A stretch of DNA of 34,065 nucleotides from an uncultured Dehalococcoidales bacterium (GCA_964354005.1 CAYGYD010000004.1:1-34065); one strand, 5' to 3'; positions 9,064-18,176 are shown, numbered from the stretch's first letter. Program-made: numbers and translations. Notes: a model not told the origin generated them from the letters alone.

Positions 9064-9086
9064 TAGCGGGTCGGTTTTTGGTTTTT
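9053..9086 (+). terminator. Intrinsic terminator (riboswitch expression platform)
   Basis: AAACCGACC-loop-GGTCGGTTT followed by T tracts; overlaps the aptamer 3' strand. Confidence 0.75.
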
Positions 9087-9204
9087 CGAAAGGGGGGGTA
9101 TGCCTATGCCGAAGTAAAGGCGGTTTCTAAGCTTGTGGATGGGCCTGGTCGAGTTTGTTCTGGTCTGGTAGTCACACAAAATAATTGTTAGGAGGTCAAA
9201 GCCA

Positions 9205-9498
9205 ATGGGTAGATATCTAGCGCTCTGGGAAGTAGACCCAACTAGGGTACCAGTCAGTCCTCAGGAGAGAGCGGCTGGCTGGGCTGCCTTGACGAATATG
9301 GTCAAGGAGGATATGAAGAAAGGCCTGGTCAAGGATTGGGGTGCGTTTGTTGGCGAAATCAGCGGATATTCTATAGCTGAAGGAACTGAAGCAGAAATCG
9401 GCAAGATGAATGTGCAGTACGCACCCTTTGTTCACTTCAAGATGTATGCTATCGCCTCGCTGCGTGATGTGGAACAAGTCATAAAAAGCCTGTCGTAG
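9205..9498 (+). CDS. Small hypothetical protein, DUF3303-like
   Basis: AGGAGG RBS. The YLALW...DWGAFVGEISGYSIAEG pattern resembles small dimeric alpha-beta barrel proteins. Confidence 0.7.
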   Translation: MGRYLALWEVDPTRVPVSPQERAAGWAALTNMVKEDMKKGLVKDWGAFVGEISGYSIAEGTEAEIGKMNVQYAPFVHFKMYAIASLRDVEQVIKSLS

Positions 9499-9686
9499 TG
9501 ATTTAGAAAGGGCATCACACAAGGGGATAACATCATATTCCTGCCCCCGTGTAGGGGGAGAGGCTGAGTTGTGACGTCCATGTCCCACCGACCAGAAAAG
9601 GCGGTGGTGGGACGGGGATGGCCGACGGCGTGGGCGAGGGCACTGTTTCATCTTCAGGACGGCCGGGTAAAGAAAAGAGCGCGCCA

Positions 9687-11000
9687 TCAGGGTATTGTGC
9701 GCAGTTGCTTAAATCGGGTGATGTCCTCCCAGGTGTATCCCAGTTCTAGAAGAACCTCCTCAGTGTGCTGGCTGAACTCTGGCGCCGGCATTCGGATGCT
9801 GGCCGGCGTCTCGTTCAGCTTGAGTGGATTAGCCAGCACTTCAATGCGCCCGTAGCTGGGGTGGTCAAATGGGACAAAGTAGTCGTTGGCTCTGGCCTGC
9901 GGGTCTTTGACCACCTCGGCGGGTGTCTGCTGGACGCCGAAAGGAATGTTTCGTTCCTTGAGACGGACTTTCCACTCTTCCAGCGGTCTACTGCGAAAAG
10001 CGTCCTTCATAATGTGATACAGGTCAACATGGTTCTGCGTTCGAGGCGCGAAGGACTCAAAGCGTGGGTCGTGCTCTAAATCGGGCCGCTCTAAGACCTG
10101 GCACATCCTTGACCAGTAGCGGTCGGGCTGCAGGACATTGAGGTGGATTAGCCGACCGTCTTTAGTCAGATACTCGCCGGCGAGAGGATTGAGCGACGCT
10201 TCGCCGTAGGCTTCAAAAAGGCGGTCGAGGGCGGCTTGAGCCTCCGCCTGTGCCTGCCGCAAGCGCTTGACCAGCGGGTCATTCTCATCAGCCTGAGATA
10301 GTGCCCACTCTTTGTAGTCCGTCCCGGTTGCCAGAGCTCCGGCAATATCAAAGGAGAGCTGGTACATGCCGATGTTGAACAGAGACAGCTCTATCTCCTG
10401 CCCAATCCCGGTCTTTTCACGCACATACAAAGCCATCATGACCCCGGCGAATAAGGACATTCCGGCAGCGGTATCAATGAATCCGGGCCGAAAACCGACA
10501 CACGGGGCGCCCGGGATGGACAGTGAGTACTGGATGCCTGAGCGGTACCAGGCGGCGGTGTGGTCGTAGGCCGGCATGTCACGGTCGGGACCCTTTGGGC
10601 CGTGACCGGTTATCGAGCCGTAAATCAGCCTTGGGTTTATCCGGCGCAGTATATCATAGGTTACCCGGAAACTCTCCCTCTCATACATCCGCAGGTTAGT
10701 CACGAAAACATCCGACTTCTCTACCAGCTTGTAGAGGATTTCCTGCCCCTCCTTTTGTGATAGGTCAAGAGCCACGCCTCTTTTGTTGCGGTTGTAGGCC
10801 TCCCAGTTGTAGTTGATATTGGAAGGTACGCCGGCCGTGCCACCGAAACCCGCCTGATAGGCGCGCCAGAAATCGCCACCCTCCGGATTTTCGATATGGA
10901 TGACCTCGGCCCCAAAGTCGGCCAAATGCCGCGCCGCGGTGGGCACAGCTACTACCTGGGATATATCAATAACCTTAATACCTTCAAGAGCTGGAGACAT
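9687..11000 (-). CDS. Family III CoA-transferase (CaiB/BaiF)
   Basis: LEGIKVID, LADFGAEVIHIE and NRNKR; catalytic Asp in GFIDTAAG; C-terminal APEFSQHTEEVL. Confidence 0.93.
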   Translation of the reverse strand: MSPALEGIKVIDISQVVAVPTAARHLADFGAEVIHIENPEGGDFWRAYQAGFGGTAGVPSNINYNWEAYNRNKRGVALDLSQKEGQEILYKLVEKSDVFVTNLRMYERESFRVTYDILRRINPRLIYGSITGHGPKGPDRDMPAYDHTAAWYRSGIQYSLSIPGAPCVGFRPGFIDTAAGMSLFAGVMMALYVREKTGIGQEIELSLFNIGMYQLSFDIAGALATGTDYKEWALSQADENDPLVKRLRQAQAEAQAALDRLFEAYGEASLNPLAGEYLTKDGRLIHLNVLQPDRYWSRMCQVLERPDLEHDPRFESFAPRTQNHVDLYHIMKDAFRSRPLEEWKVRLKERNIPFGVQQTPAEVVKDPQARANDYFVPFDHPSYGRIEVLANPLKLNETPASIRMPAPEFSQHTEEVLLELGYTWEDITRFKQLRTIP

Positions 11001-11036
11001 TTCTAACCCCCGTTTCTGTTTGGTTTGGCGATTCGA

Positions 11037-12317
11037 TTACATACTTCCCTGCTGTTCCTCAGCCGCCCTGGTTCCGGTTATCCCCTGCTTCTCAAGTTTA
11101 GCTATTTCGTCTTGAGACATACCTAAAAGCTGGCCGAAGACATACTGATTGTGTTCCCCGAGACAGGGAGCTGGCCGACGAATGCTGATTGGCGTCCGCG
11201 AAAACTTGGCAAAGGCCCCGATATAAGGATGGGTGCCAGCTTCAGCATGGGGCACCATTTCGAAGATACCCCGTGCTTTGAGGTGCGGGTCGGCCAGTAA
11301 TTCCCGGGCATCAAGAACTGGCCCCGCCGGGACATTAGCTGATTGCAGGATGCGCAGCACTTCGTAGTGGTCGTGGTTCAGTGTCCAAGTCTCAATCAGC
11401 CGGTCAATCTCATCCTGATACTCGTATCGACTGAGAGCATCAGCGAATCTTTCATCCTTGGCCCAGGCTGGCTCGTCCAGTGCCTGGCCAAATCTTTGCC
11501 AGACATTGTCTGAAGGAATGGCAATGGCCACCCAGTTGTCTTCGCCCCGGCAGCGGTAGCAGCCGTGAGGTGCCAGGGAATAATCGCGGTTTCCCATTCG
11601 TTCCCGGACTCGGCCGTTCATGGTGTAATCCATAATAGCATCGGCGTTGAAGGCAATAACGCCTTCTACCTGGGAGAGGTCAATATGCAGTCCTCGGCCA
11701 GTGCGGTGCCGGTAGTGCAGGGCGGAAATGATAGCAAAGGCGGCGTTCATTCCGGAAAGCGGGTCGCCGTAGGAGAGACCACTTTGCAGCATTGGCTCTT
11801 CGCCAATGTAGCCGGTGAGATACGCCATGCCACTCATACAGTCGATGGTTTGCCCGAAGGCCAGATAGTCCTTATCCGGCCCGGTCTGTCCCAGAGCCGG
11901 CAAAGACATCATGATAATGCTGGGGTTAATCTCTTTCAATATTGGATAGTCCAGTCCCAGGCCGGGCATCACACGCGGGCTGTAGTTCTCCACCAGGATA
12001 TCGCTGACCTTGACCAGCTTTTTAATGATTTCCTTCCCTTCGGTGGTTCTCAAATCTAAAGTAATACCGTATTTATTGCGGTTTTGCAGATTGAAGCCCG
12101 GTGAACAATTGTAGGGTCGGTCAGAAATCACCCGGGTCGGGAAGCGTTCCCGGACTTTTGCCGGGTCGACCATACCCCGCCAGGGGTCAATGTGGCGGAG
12201 CGATTCCACCTTAATCACTTCCGCACCCATGTCGGCCAGGAGCCGTGTGGCCATAGGGCCGGCGAACCACATGGAAAGGTCGAGAACTCTTATGCCCGAT
12301 AACGGTAAGTTGGTCAT
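11037..12317 (-). CDS. Family III CoA-transferase (catalytic Asp retained)
   Basis: LSGIRVLDL, AGP, LADMGAEVIKVE, NRNK, SYGDPLSG, APCLGEHN. Confidence 0.93.
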   Translation of the reverse strand: MTNLPLSGIRVLDLSMWFAGPMATRLLADMGAEVIKVESLRHIDPWRGMVDPAKVRERFPTRVISDRPYNCSPGFNLQNRNKYGITLDLRTTEGKEIIKKLVKVSDILVENYSPRVMPGLGLDYPILKEINPSIIMMSLPALGQTGPDKDYLAFGQTIDCMSGMAYLTGYIGEEPMLQSGLSYGDPLSGMNAAFAIISALHYRHRTGRGLHIDLSQVEGVIAFNADAIMDYTMNGRVRERMGNRDYSLAPHGCYRCRGEDNWVAIAIPSDNVWQRFGQALDEPAWAKDERFADALSRYEYQDEIDRLIETWTLNHDHYEVLRILQSANVPAGPVLDARELLADPHLKARGIFEMVPHAEAGTHPYIGAFAKFSRTPISIRRPAPCLGEHNQYVFGQLLGMSQDEIAKLEKQGITGTRAAEEQQGSM

Positions 12318-12333
12318 TGCCCGGACACCAATC

Positions 12334-13542
12334 CTAAATTACTCCTTGCTCTCGCAGTCTCACCAAATCATCCTTACTGTAACCCAAGCGCTTACCGTAA
12401 ATCTCCTCGTTATGCTCCCCCAGCAGCGGCGCTCGCTTCAACTCATAGGGCAAATCGCCCATCTTGACTTGGGCTCCGGGATAGCGGATTTTGCCGGTCA
12501 TCGGATGGTCAACTTCCACGAAGTACCCTCGCTCTTTAAGATGCCGGGAATCCAGGAGCATCCGGCTGCTGGCAGGGATGCCGAAGGGCAGGCCCCGTTT
12601 CTGTCCCTCACGGAATAGCTCTTCGGTCTCGTGCTCCATCAGCCAGGAAATAATGATGGCGTCCAGCTCGTCAATGTGCTCGGCGCGGTCGGTGGCGGTG
12701 CGAAACCTCGGGTCATCGACCAGCTCTGGCATGCCCATCCATTCGCACAGGGCAGGCCATTTCTGGGCGGTTACGGTAATCACCCCGATGTAGCCGTCCT
12801 TACAAGGCAGTATCCCGCTGGGGAAGGGTGCTACCCGATTGCCGTATCTCCGGGTAATCGTACCATCATAAGAGTAGACGCTGGTCAGGTTCATCTGAAT
12901 GTAAAGCACGGCGTCCATTATGGAAATATCAATGTGCTGACCGGCGCCGGTCAGTTCTCGACCGTAAAAGGCGCTGGCTGAGGCAATACTCCCGAAAAGT
13001 CCAGCGACGAATTGTGCCTGATTGCCGCCGGGTTTTAGCGGCTCACGGTCTGGATGGCCGATAATCATTGACCAGCCTCCCATCGCATCGGCCACAATCT
13101 CGGTCATCTTATAGTTGCGATAGGGGCCGGCCTGGCCGAAATTGGAGATGGAAGTCATGACGAGTTTCGGGTTTGTCTTCTCCAGTCTCTCATAGTCCAG
13201 CCCCAGGCCGGGCATGACGCGGGGGCTGAAATTCTCTACCAGAATATCGCTGCCTTTGACCAGGTCTCGGAAGATATTCCTCCCGGTTTCTGACTTTAGG
13301 TTGAGGGTGATTCCCTTCTTGTTGGTGTTAAGGTAAAGGAAGAGGCCGCTTTTTTCGGGATGTGGGGCATCGCCCAAGAAGGGACCGAGTCGCCGTGCCT
13401 CGTCCCCACTCCCTGGCTTTTCAATCTTGATTACCTCGGCACCGTAGTCAGCCATCATCTTGGTGCAGTAAGGTCCGGCAATGTAGTGGGTCAAGTCCAG
13501 AACCTTAACACCGGTCAGCGCCTTCTCTTTGGGTTCGGTCAT
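12334..13542 (-). CDS. Family III CoA-transferase (catalytic Asp apparently replaced)
   Basis: LTGVKVLDL, FLYLNTNKK and APLLGEHN. NQAQFVAG occupies the position of the GD..G motif. Confidence 0.92.
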   Translation of the reverse strand: MTEPKEKALTGVKVLDLTHYIAGPYCTKMMADYGAEVIKIEKPGSGDEARRLGPFLGDAPHPEKSGLFLYLNTNKKGITLNLKSETGRNIFRDLVKGSDILVENFSPRVMPGLGLDYERLEKTNPKLVMTSISNFGQAGPYRNYKMTEIVADAMGGWSMIIGHPDREPLKPGGNQAQFVAGLFGSIASASAFYGRELTGAGQHIDISIMDAVLYIQMNLTSVYSYDGTITRRYGNRVAPFPSGILPCKDGYIGVITVTAQKWPALCEWMGMPELVDDPRFRTATDRAEHIDELDAIIISWLMEHETEELFREGQKRGLPFGIPASSRMLLDSRHLKERGYFVEVDHPMTGKIRYPGAQVKMGDLPYELKRAPLLGEHNEEIYGKRLGYSKDDLVRLREQGVI

Positions 13543-13545
13543 ATC

Positions 13546-14469
13546 TCAAATCCTCTCCGTATAGCCACCGAGGATAAAGTTCCCCTGATACCCGGTGTCT
13601 TCTAGCTTCTCGGGACAAACCAGTAGCACGGAGACATTATCGCTGCCGCCGAATCGGGTGATGCCCCGGCCGTAAAGGTTTTCCTCATAGCACTGGTTGG
13701 AGCTTCGGATAGCACTGAGGGCAAAATTCTCCGTATTATTGTCGAGGTGTTCCAGAAGGGTGTCTTCCAGTCTTGTCTCCTTGTGGTTTCCCTTGATGGA
13801 TGAGATGCCATCGCTGGCGATAATAAAGAAGTCGCCTGGTGCCAGTTCTGCATGGCTTGGCTGGAAATAGGCGTAGGTCGTACCGATAAAGTCAGGGTTT
13901 CCCTCTAGCCGGGTCAGTTGCCGACGAAACAAATTACCGTGGAAGACAAGCGTGTCTCCAGCGATAAGGACGATTGCCAGGTCAATTGTATCCTTCGGCA
14001 GGCAAACCAGGCTGAGAGTGGCACCTTCGCGTCCCGGCATCTCTTTGTTTATTCTATTGACGATAGTCTCCAGGTCATCACCATCACTCATTTTCAGGTA
14101 TTCGTCGAGCTCCCCAAACAGCCTTCGGGAACAGTCAGTTATGCCGGGAGAATCAGAGATGGCGAAGACTCGCTGAGAGGGATTAACATAGAGGCAATCA
14201 CTGTTGTAGATAGACTGATTAAAGCCGACCATAATTTCGATAAATACATTGTCGGCTCCCGGGTGCGTGGCGCCGCAGAAACCGGGGCCGGTCAGTAGGG
14301 GCCAGGTGAGGGTCTCTTCGTATCTCGGCAGGACTTGGCGGACTTGCTCGAACCTCTTTTTTGATTGGCCAGGGGCATTCTGACCAAATCGGTCGAAAAG
14401 CGTGGGGTGCTTTTGAAATACGCCGCTTTCAAATATGGGGTAATGTTGAATGCGAAAATTCTCGGCCAT
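13546..14469 (-). CDS. PP2C/PPM (SpoIIE-like) phosphatase family protein
   Basis: NSDC, FAISDSPG, GATL, AGDT, IIASDGI and GSDNVSVLLV occur in PPM motif order. Confidence 0.75.
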   Translation of the reverse strand: MAENFRIQHYPIFESGVFQKHPTLFDRFGQNAPGQSKKRFEQVRQVLPRYEETLTWPLLTGPGFCGATHPGADNVFIEIMVGFNQSIYNSDCLYVNPSQRVFAISDSPGITDCSRRLFGELDEYLKMSDGDDLETIVNRINKEMPGREGATLSLVCLPKDTIDLAIVLIAGDTLVFHGNLFRRQLTRLEGNPDFIGTTYAYFQPSHAELAPGDFFIIASDGISSIKGNHKETRLEDTLLEHLDNNTENFALSAIRSSNQCYEENLYGRGITRFGGSDNVSVLLVCPEKLEDTGYQGNFILGGYTERI

Positions 14470-14647
14470 AATAGGTCTTTCACAAATCTTACAATATCAG
14501 GTTCCCTGTCCGCAAGGCACAACTCAGTTACCAGACTGTTAAGCAAGGGGACTCGACCCTTTAGAAGAGCTTTATCCTTCCCCCTTCGCAAGGTAAAGAC
14601 TGGGCTACGATTATCAAAGCTCTCATGTTATACTGGTTAAAACAGGA

Positions 14648-15487
14648 ATGGGAATCAGAAGCTTGGCGTATCGCCTGAAACTGGTAATGGTGGGACTCCC
14701 GGTAGCGGCAATTATTCTGACATCCTGTTCCAGCCTGCCGGGAACACCCACGGCACCAAGTCCAGCAGGCACGAAGACCCCCGGTATTGTTCCAGTCTAC
14801 ACCGGTAAAGTCGTCCATACCTATCCCCACGACCGGGGGGCCTATACTCAGGGGCTGGTTTTTGATGGCGGCTTCCTGTACGAAGGCACTGGGCTTCTGG
14901 GACAGTCAACATTGCGGCGCGTGGAGCTGGAAACTGGGACCGTTCTGAAAAGCCGGGCGCTGTCACCGCAATATTTCGGCGAGGGTGTGACCATCTGTGG
15001 TGACCGCATTGTCCAGTTGACCTGGCGTTCGCAGCTCGGTTTTGTTTACGATAAAAACGGCTTTGATTTGCTACGCGAGTTTACCTATCCCACCGAGGGC
15101 TGGGGCATCACCGGCGATGGCCGGCGCTTGATTATGAGCGATGGCTCGGCCAAGCTGTATTTCCTCGACCCGGAGGACTTCAAGGTAACTGGCTCTATTG
15201 AGGTCCAGGACAGTGGCCAGCCGGTAAGCGGGCTGAATGAACTGGAGTACATTCGTGGGGAAATCTATGCCAATGTGTGGCTGACGGACCGAATCGTGAG
15301 AATCGCACCTGAAACGGGTAAAGTGACGGGGTGGATAGAACTGGCGGGGCTCTTACCACCGGAAGACCGGACTGAGCCGGTGGATGTCCTTAATGGCATC
15401 GCCTATGACGCGGGGAACGACCGAATCTTTGTTACCGGTAAGCTCTGGCCCAAGCTTTTTGAAATTGAGCTGGTTCGGCTGAAGTGA
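14648..15487 (+). CDS. Glutaminyl-peptide cyclotransferase (type I), lipoprotein
   Basis: Lipobox LTSC; YPHD..AYTQGL, FGEG, EGWG, LNELE, VLNGIA, VTGKLWP. Confidence 0.92.
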   Translation: MGIRSLAYRLKLVMVGLPVAAIILTSCSSLPGTPTAPSPAGTKTPGIVPVYTGKVVHTYPHDRGAYTQGLVFDGGFLYEGTGLLGQSTLRRVELETGTVLKSRALSPQYFGEGVTICGDRIVQLTWRSQLGFVYDKNGFDLLREFTYPTEGWGITGDGRRLIMSDGSAKLYFLDPEDFKVTGSIEVQDSGQPVSGLNELEYIRGEIYANVWLTDRIVRIAPETGKVTGWIELAGLLPPEDRTEPVDVLNGIAYDAGNDRIFVTGKLWPKLFEIELVRLK

Positions 15488-15521
15488 TTTTAATCCTTAG
15501 TAGTGATTAGTATGCAGTCCA

Positions 15522-16289
15522 TTACTGGCTTAAGCCAAAGAATTTCATAGCGTTAGTGGTGGTTTGCTCGGCCAGTTGGGCTTCGTCCATTCCGATTAGC
15601 CGGGATACGCCTCTCAAGGTTCTCAGAACATCAGCCGGTCTTGACTCGTACTCAAACGCAGTCCCGCGTCGATAAACCACCGGCGAATCCGTTTCCAGAA
15701 GGAGCCTGTCAAGCGGGGCTTCCTTCACCGCCCGCCGGTGCTCTTCGTGATACTCCACGGCCGGAGTGGCTGAGATGAAATAACCACGACTGATAATATC
15801 CCGCAGTACACTTGAGGTGCCGGTGTACCAGTGAAATACGGCTTTCTCCACCTCTGTCTCACTCACCAAATCCAGAGCATCCCGCCAGGCATACCGGGAA
15901 TGGACGAGCACCGGCTTGGCGTGGGCCTGGGCTATCCTCAACACCTGCCGGCACGCATCCTTTTGTCGGTCCTTATCGGCTCTGGCTCTAACCCTCTTAT
16001 CATAGTCCAGCCCCACCTCACCGATAGCCACGGCTTTATCAATATTGGCCTCAATGAATTGCCGGCTAGGCTCAAGGTTTTCCTCAGCCAGATTCCAGGG
16101 ATGCAGGCCAAGGGCCGGATAGACAAAACCGTGATAGGTCTCAGCCAGGGACAAGACCCTCTGATTTGAGACAAGGCCCGAGCCTACGGCAACGATGGCG
16201 ACGATGTTGGCACGCCTGGCATCACTAATGGTTTGTTCTATGTTTTCAATTTCTTCCAGATGAGCGTGGGTATCAATAAGTTGGTACAC
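15522..16289 (-). CDS. tatD: TatD family metal-dependent nuclease
   Basis: IDTHAHL, GLHP, AIGEVGLD, VHSR, FHWY, LLETDSP. Confidence 0.92.
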   Translation of the reverse strand: MYQLIDTHAHLEEIENIEQTISDARRANIVAIVAVGSGLVSNQRVLSLAETYHGFVYPALGLHPWNLAEENLEPSRQFIEANIDKAVAIGEVGLDYDKRVRARADKDRQKDACRQVLRIAQAHAKPVLVHSRYAWRDALDLVSETEVEKAVFHWYTGTSSVLRDIISRGYFISATPAVEYHEEHRRAVKEAPLDRLLLETDSPVVYRRGTAFEYESRPADVLRTLRGVSRLIGMDEAQLAEQTTTNAMKFFGLSQ

Positions 16290-16435
16290 CGGCTTTTTTC
16301 TCCTGCCTTATTATATAATACCCACCGACCAACCTCAGAATCTGTTTTTAGTGCTCAGCATGGCCTGAACTGTATCTGAAAATTGCGAAGACTACAGGGG
16401 CCGAAGCTCAATCGCAAGCAGCAACGGATTGAGTG

Positions 16436-17311
16436 CTAGGCTTTCCTGGCTGTCTTGGCTTCGCTTTCCAGATAATCCGTCATTCTGGGGGCAATAATTG
16501 GTGCCAGACGAGGTAGCATGGGTGGCATCATGGCGGCCATGACCTCGGATAACATCTCTGGAAGCATGGCTTCCATCGGCGGGGGCATGTTAGGTATGGC
16601 TTCCTTCATCAGTTGCACCGCTTGCAGAAGGTGCTTCAAGTCAGGGAAGGCGGCCACAACCGGTACATCTTCGTCAGCCTTGCGAGTTTTGACCACTACC
16701 TCAGTTATCAGACCGGTGATGCCCTCGGCTTCAGTCACTAGCTCCAGGTCACTGCCTTGCACTGTCCTGGCCTCGCCGTTGGCGGTCACCAGCTTGACCG
16801 ACTCAATATTGTGGCCAACTTCTCCGTACTCGTAACTGCCGATACCTCCGCCGCCTTCAGCCACCCAACCCCCCACCGTAGCACTCGGCGCGCTGGATGG
16901 GTAGACACGCAGAGACAAGCCTTGCTTGTTCAGTTCATATTCCAGATTCTTCCAGATAACCCCAGCCTCAACCCGTGCGGTTTCCTTAGTCTTGTCAACT
17001 TCCAGAATCCGGCGCATGCGGGAGAAATCAACCACGATGCCACCGCTGGTGGGGATAGCCCCGCCCCAGCCACTGCTGGCGGCACCACGGGGCGTTAGCG
17101 GGATTTTCTTTTCCCGGGCAAACTTGGTGATGAAGACAACATCTTCGGTGCCGCTGGGCTGAACGACAGCTTCAGGGACTCGCTTGATGAGTTGCTTCAC
17201 CATGCCAGGTAAACTGGCCGTGTCATGGGAGTAGAGCCGCATCTCCGTCGGGTCCAAACTGATTCTCTCCCCGAATTTTTGCACCAGTTGGTTGCAGTCA
17301 GTCGTTTTCAT
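16436..17311 (-). CDS. FAD-binding oxidoreductase (FAD_binding_4), apparently internally deleted, with a Pro/Met-rich tail
   Basis: PRGAAS, VEAGV, PSSAPSATVGGW and AEGITGLIT. The FAD-oxidase C domain is missing, and the sequence switches to MKEAIPNMPPPMEAMLP near residue 235. Confidence 0.7.
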   Translation of the reverse strand: MKTTDCNQLVQKFGERISLDPTEMRLYSHDTASLPGMVKQLIKRVPEAVVQPSGTEDVVFITKFAREKKIPLTPRGAASSGWGGAIPTSGGIVVDFSRMRRILEVDKTKETARVEAGVIWKNLEYELNKQGLSLRVYPSSAPSATVGGWVAEGGGGIGSYEYGEVGHNIESVKLVTANGEARTVQGSDLELVTEAEGITGLITEVVVKTRKADEDVPVVAAFPDLKHLLQAVQLMKEAIPNMPPPMEAMLPEMLSEVMAAMMPPMLPRLAPIIAPRMTDYLESEAKTARKA

Positions 17312-17352
17312 GGATGTTGTTCTCCTTGCTCCTGCTGCAGCTATAAAAAATA

Positions 17353-17688
17353 CTAGGTTGTCAGCCTTTCGGCCAGCTCTTTGCTCTTGGCGATTTGGTT
17401 CAGCAGTATCTGGTGGACGAGGTCGCAGGCCTCACAGATTCTGGGGTCGCTCAAACTGTAGTATACATTGGTGCCTTCGCGGCGAGCTTTAACCACCCCG
17501 CGTTCGCGGAGGATAGCCAGGTGCCGGGAAACAACGGCCTGGGCTATGACTAGTGTGTGAGCCAGGTCGCCCACTGCTTTCTCACCCTGCCGCAACTCCT
17601 CGATGATGATGAGTCGCTTGGGGTCGGCGAAGGTCTTGCACAGTTCTGCTTTTAAGCGGTAGAGTTCGGGCTCATATTGGGTGGCCAA
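17353..17688 (-). CDS. ArsR family transcriptional regulator
   Basis: KTFADPKRL, VSRHLAILR and REGTNVYYSL; AGGAGG RBS before TTG. Confidence 0.9.
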   Translation of the reverse strand: MATQYEPELYRLKAELCKTFADPKRLIIIEELRQGEKAVGDLAHTLVIAQAVVSRHLAILRERGVVKARREGTNVYYSLSDPRICEACDLVHQILLNQIAKSKELAERLTT

Positions 17689-17704
17689 CGCAACCTCCTT
17701 AACT

Positions 17705-17749
17705 ATATATGTATATTTATATATTATTAAAGACTGGGCAATTCGTCAA
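17705..17749 (-). promoter_or_regulatory. Promoter and AT-rich operator of the second arsR
   Basis: Minus-strand TTGACG (17749-17744), 17-bp spacer, TAATAT (17726-17721). The palindrome ATATAT-N8-ATATAT (17705-17724) overlaps the -10/start region. Confidence 0.6.
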
Positions 17750-17840
17750 GTTGAGTCTGTGTAAAGGAGAACCTCATTCCTGTATTGATTTCTTGGCTTA
17801 TAGCGCCCTATAATTGGCTTGATTCCGCACCGGAGGGACA

Positions 17841-18176
17841 GTGATGGCAACCGACCCGGCCCAGGAATATTTACGAGCCCTGAACAATTTGAATGAAGCC
17901 AAGAGGCAACTCGACGAGCTCGTTGCCTACCTGCTTGAAGTAGGGACTGCTTTACGCAAAGAGCCTTTCACAGTTCATGTCTCCAATATTCAACTGAGGC
18001 CGGTTGTCCCGCTGGCCCGTCTCACCTATGTACTGAATGCTGTTGACTGGCCTTCGGTTCAGGAAATTGCCGAAAGAGTCATTGACCTGCAGAATACTTA
18101 CTTCCGGGCAGAATATCTCTGGTTTCATCTGTCACCGGCTCAGAAAGCTAAGCTACCACGATTCAAGGTCATTTAG
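17841..18176 (+). CDS. Hypothetical protein
   Basis: GGAGGG RBS and upstream TTGATT-N18-TATAAT (17785-17814). No family recognised. Confidence 0.65.
   Translation: MMATDPAQEYLRALNNLNEAKRQLDELVAYLLEVGTALRKEPFTVHVSNIQLRPVVPLARLTYVLNAVDWPSVQEIAERVIDLQNTYFRAEYLWFHLSPAQKAKLPRFKVI

Noticed and set aside
8910-9090. 6S RNA or T-box interpretation
   Set aside because: Some 5'-3' end pairing exists, but there is no T-box consensus, and the k-turn, pseudoknot and terminator layout fits c-di-GMP-II better. 6S is not formally excluded without a covariance search.
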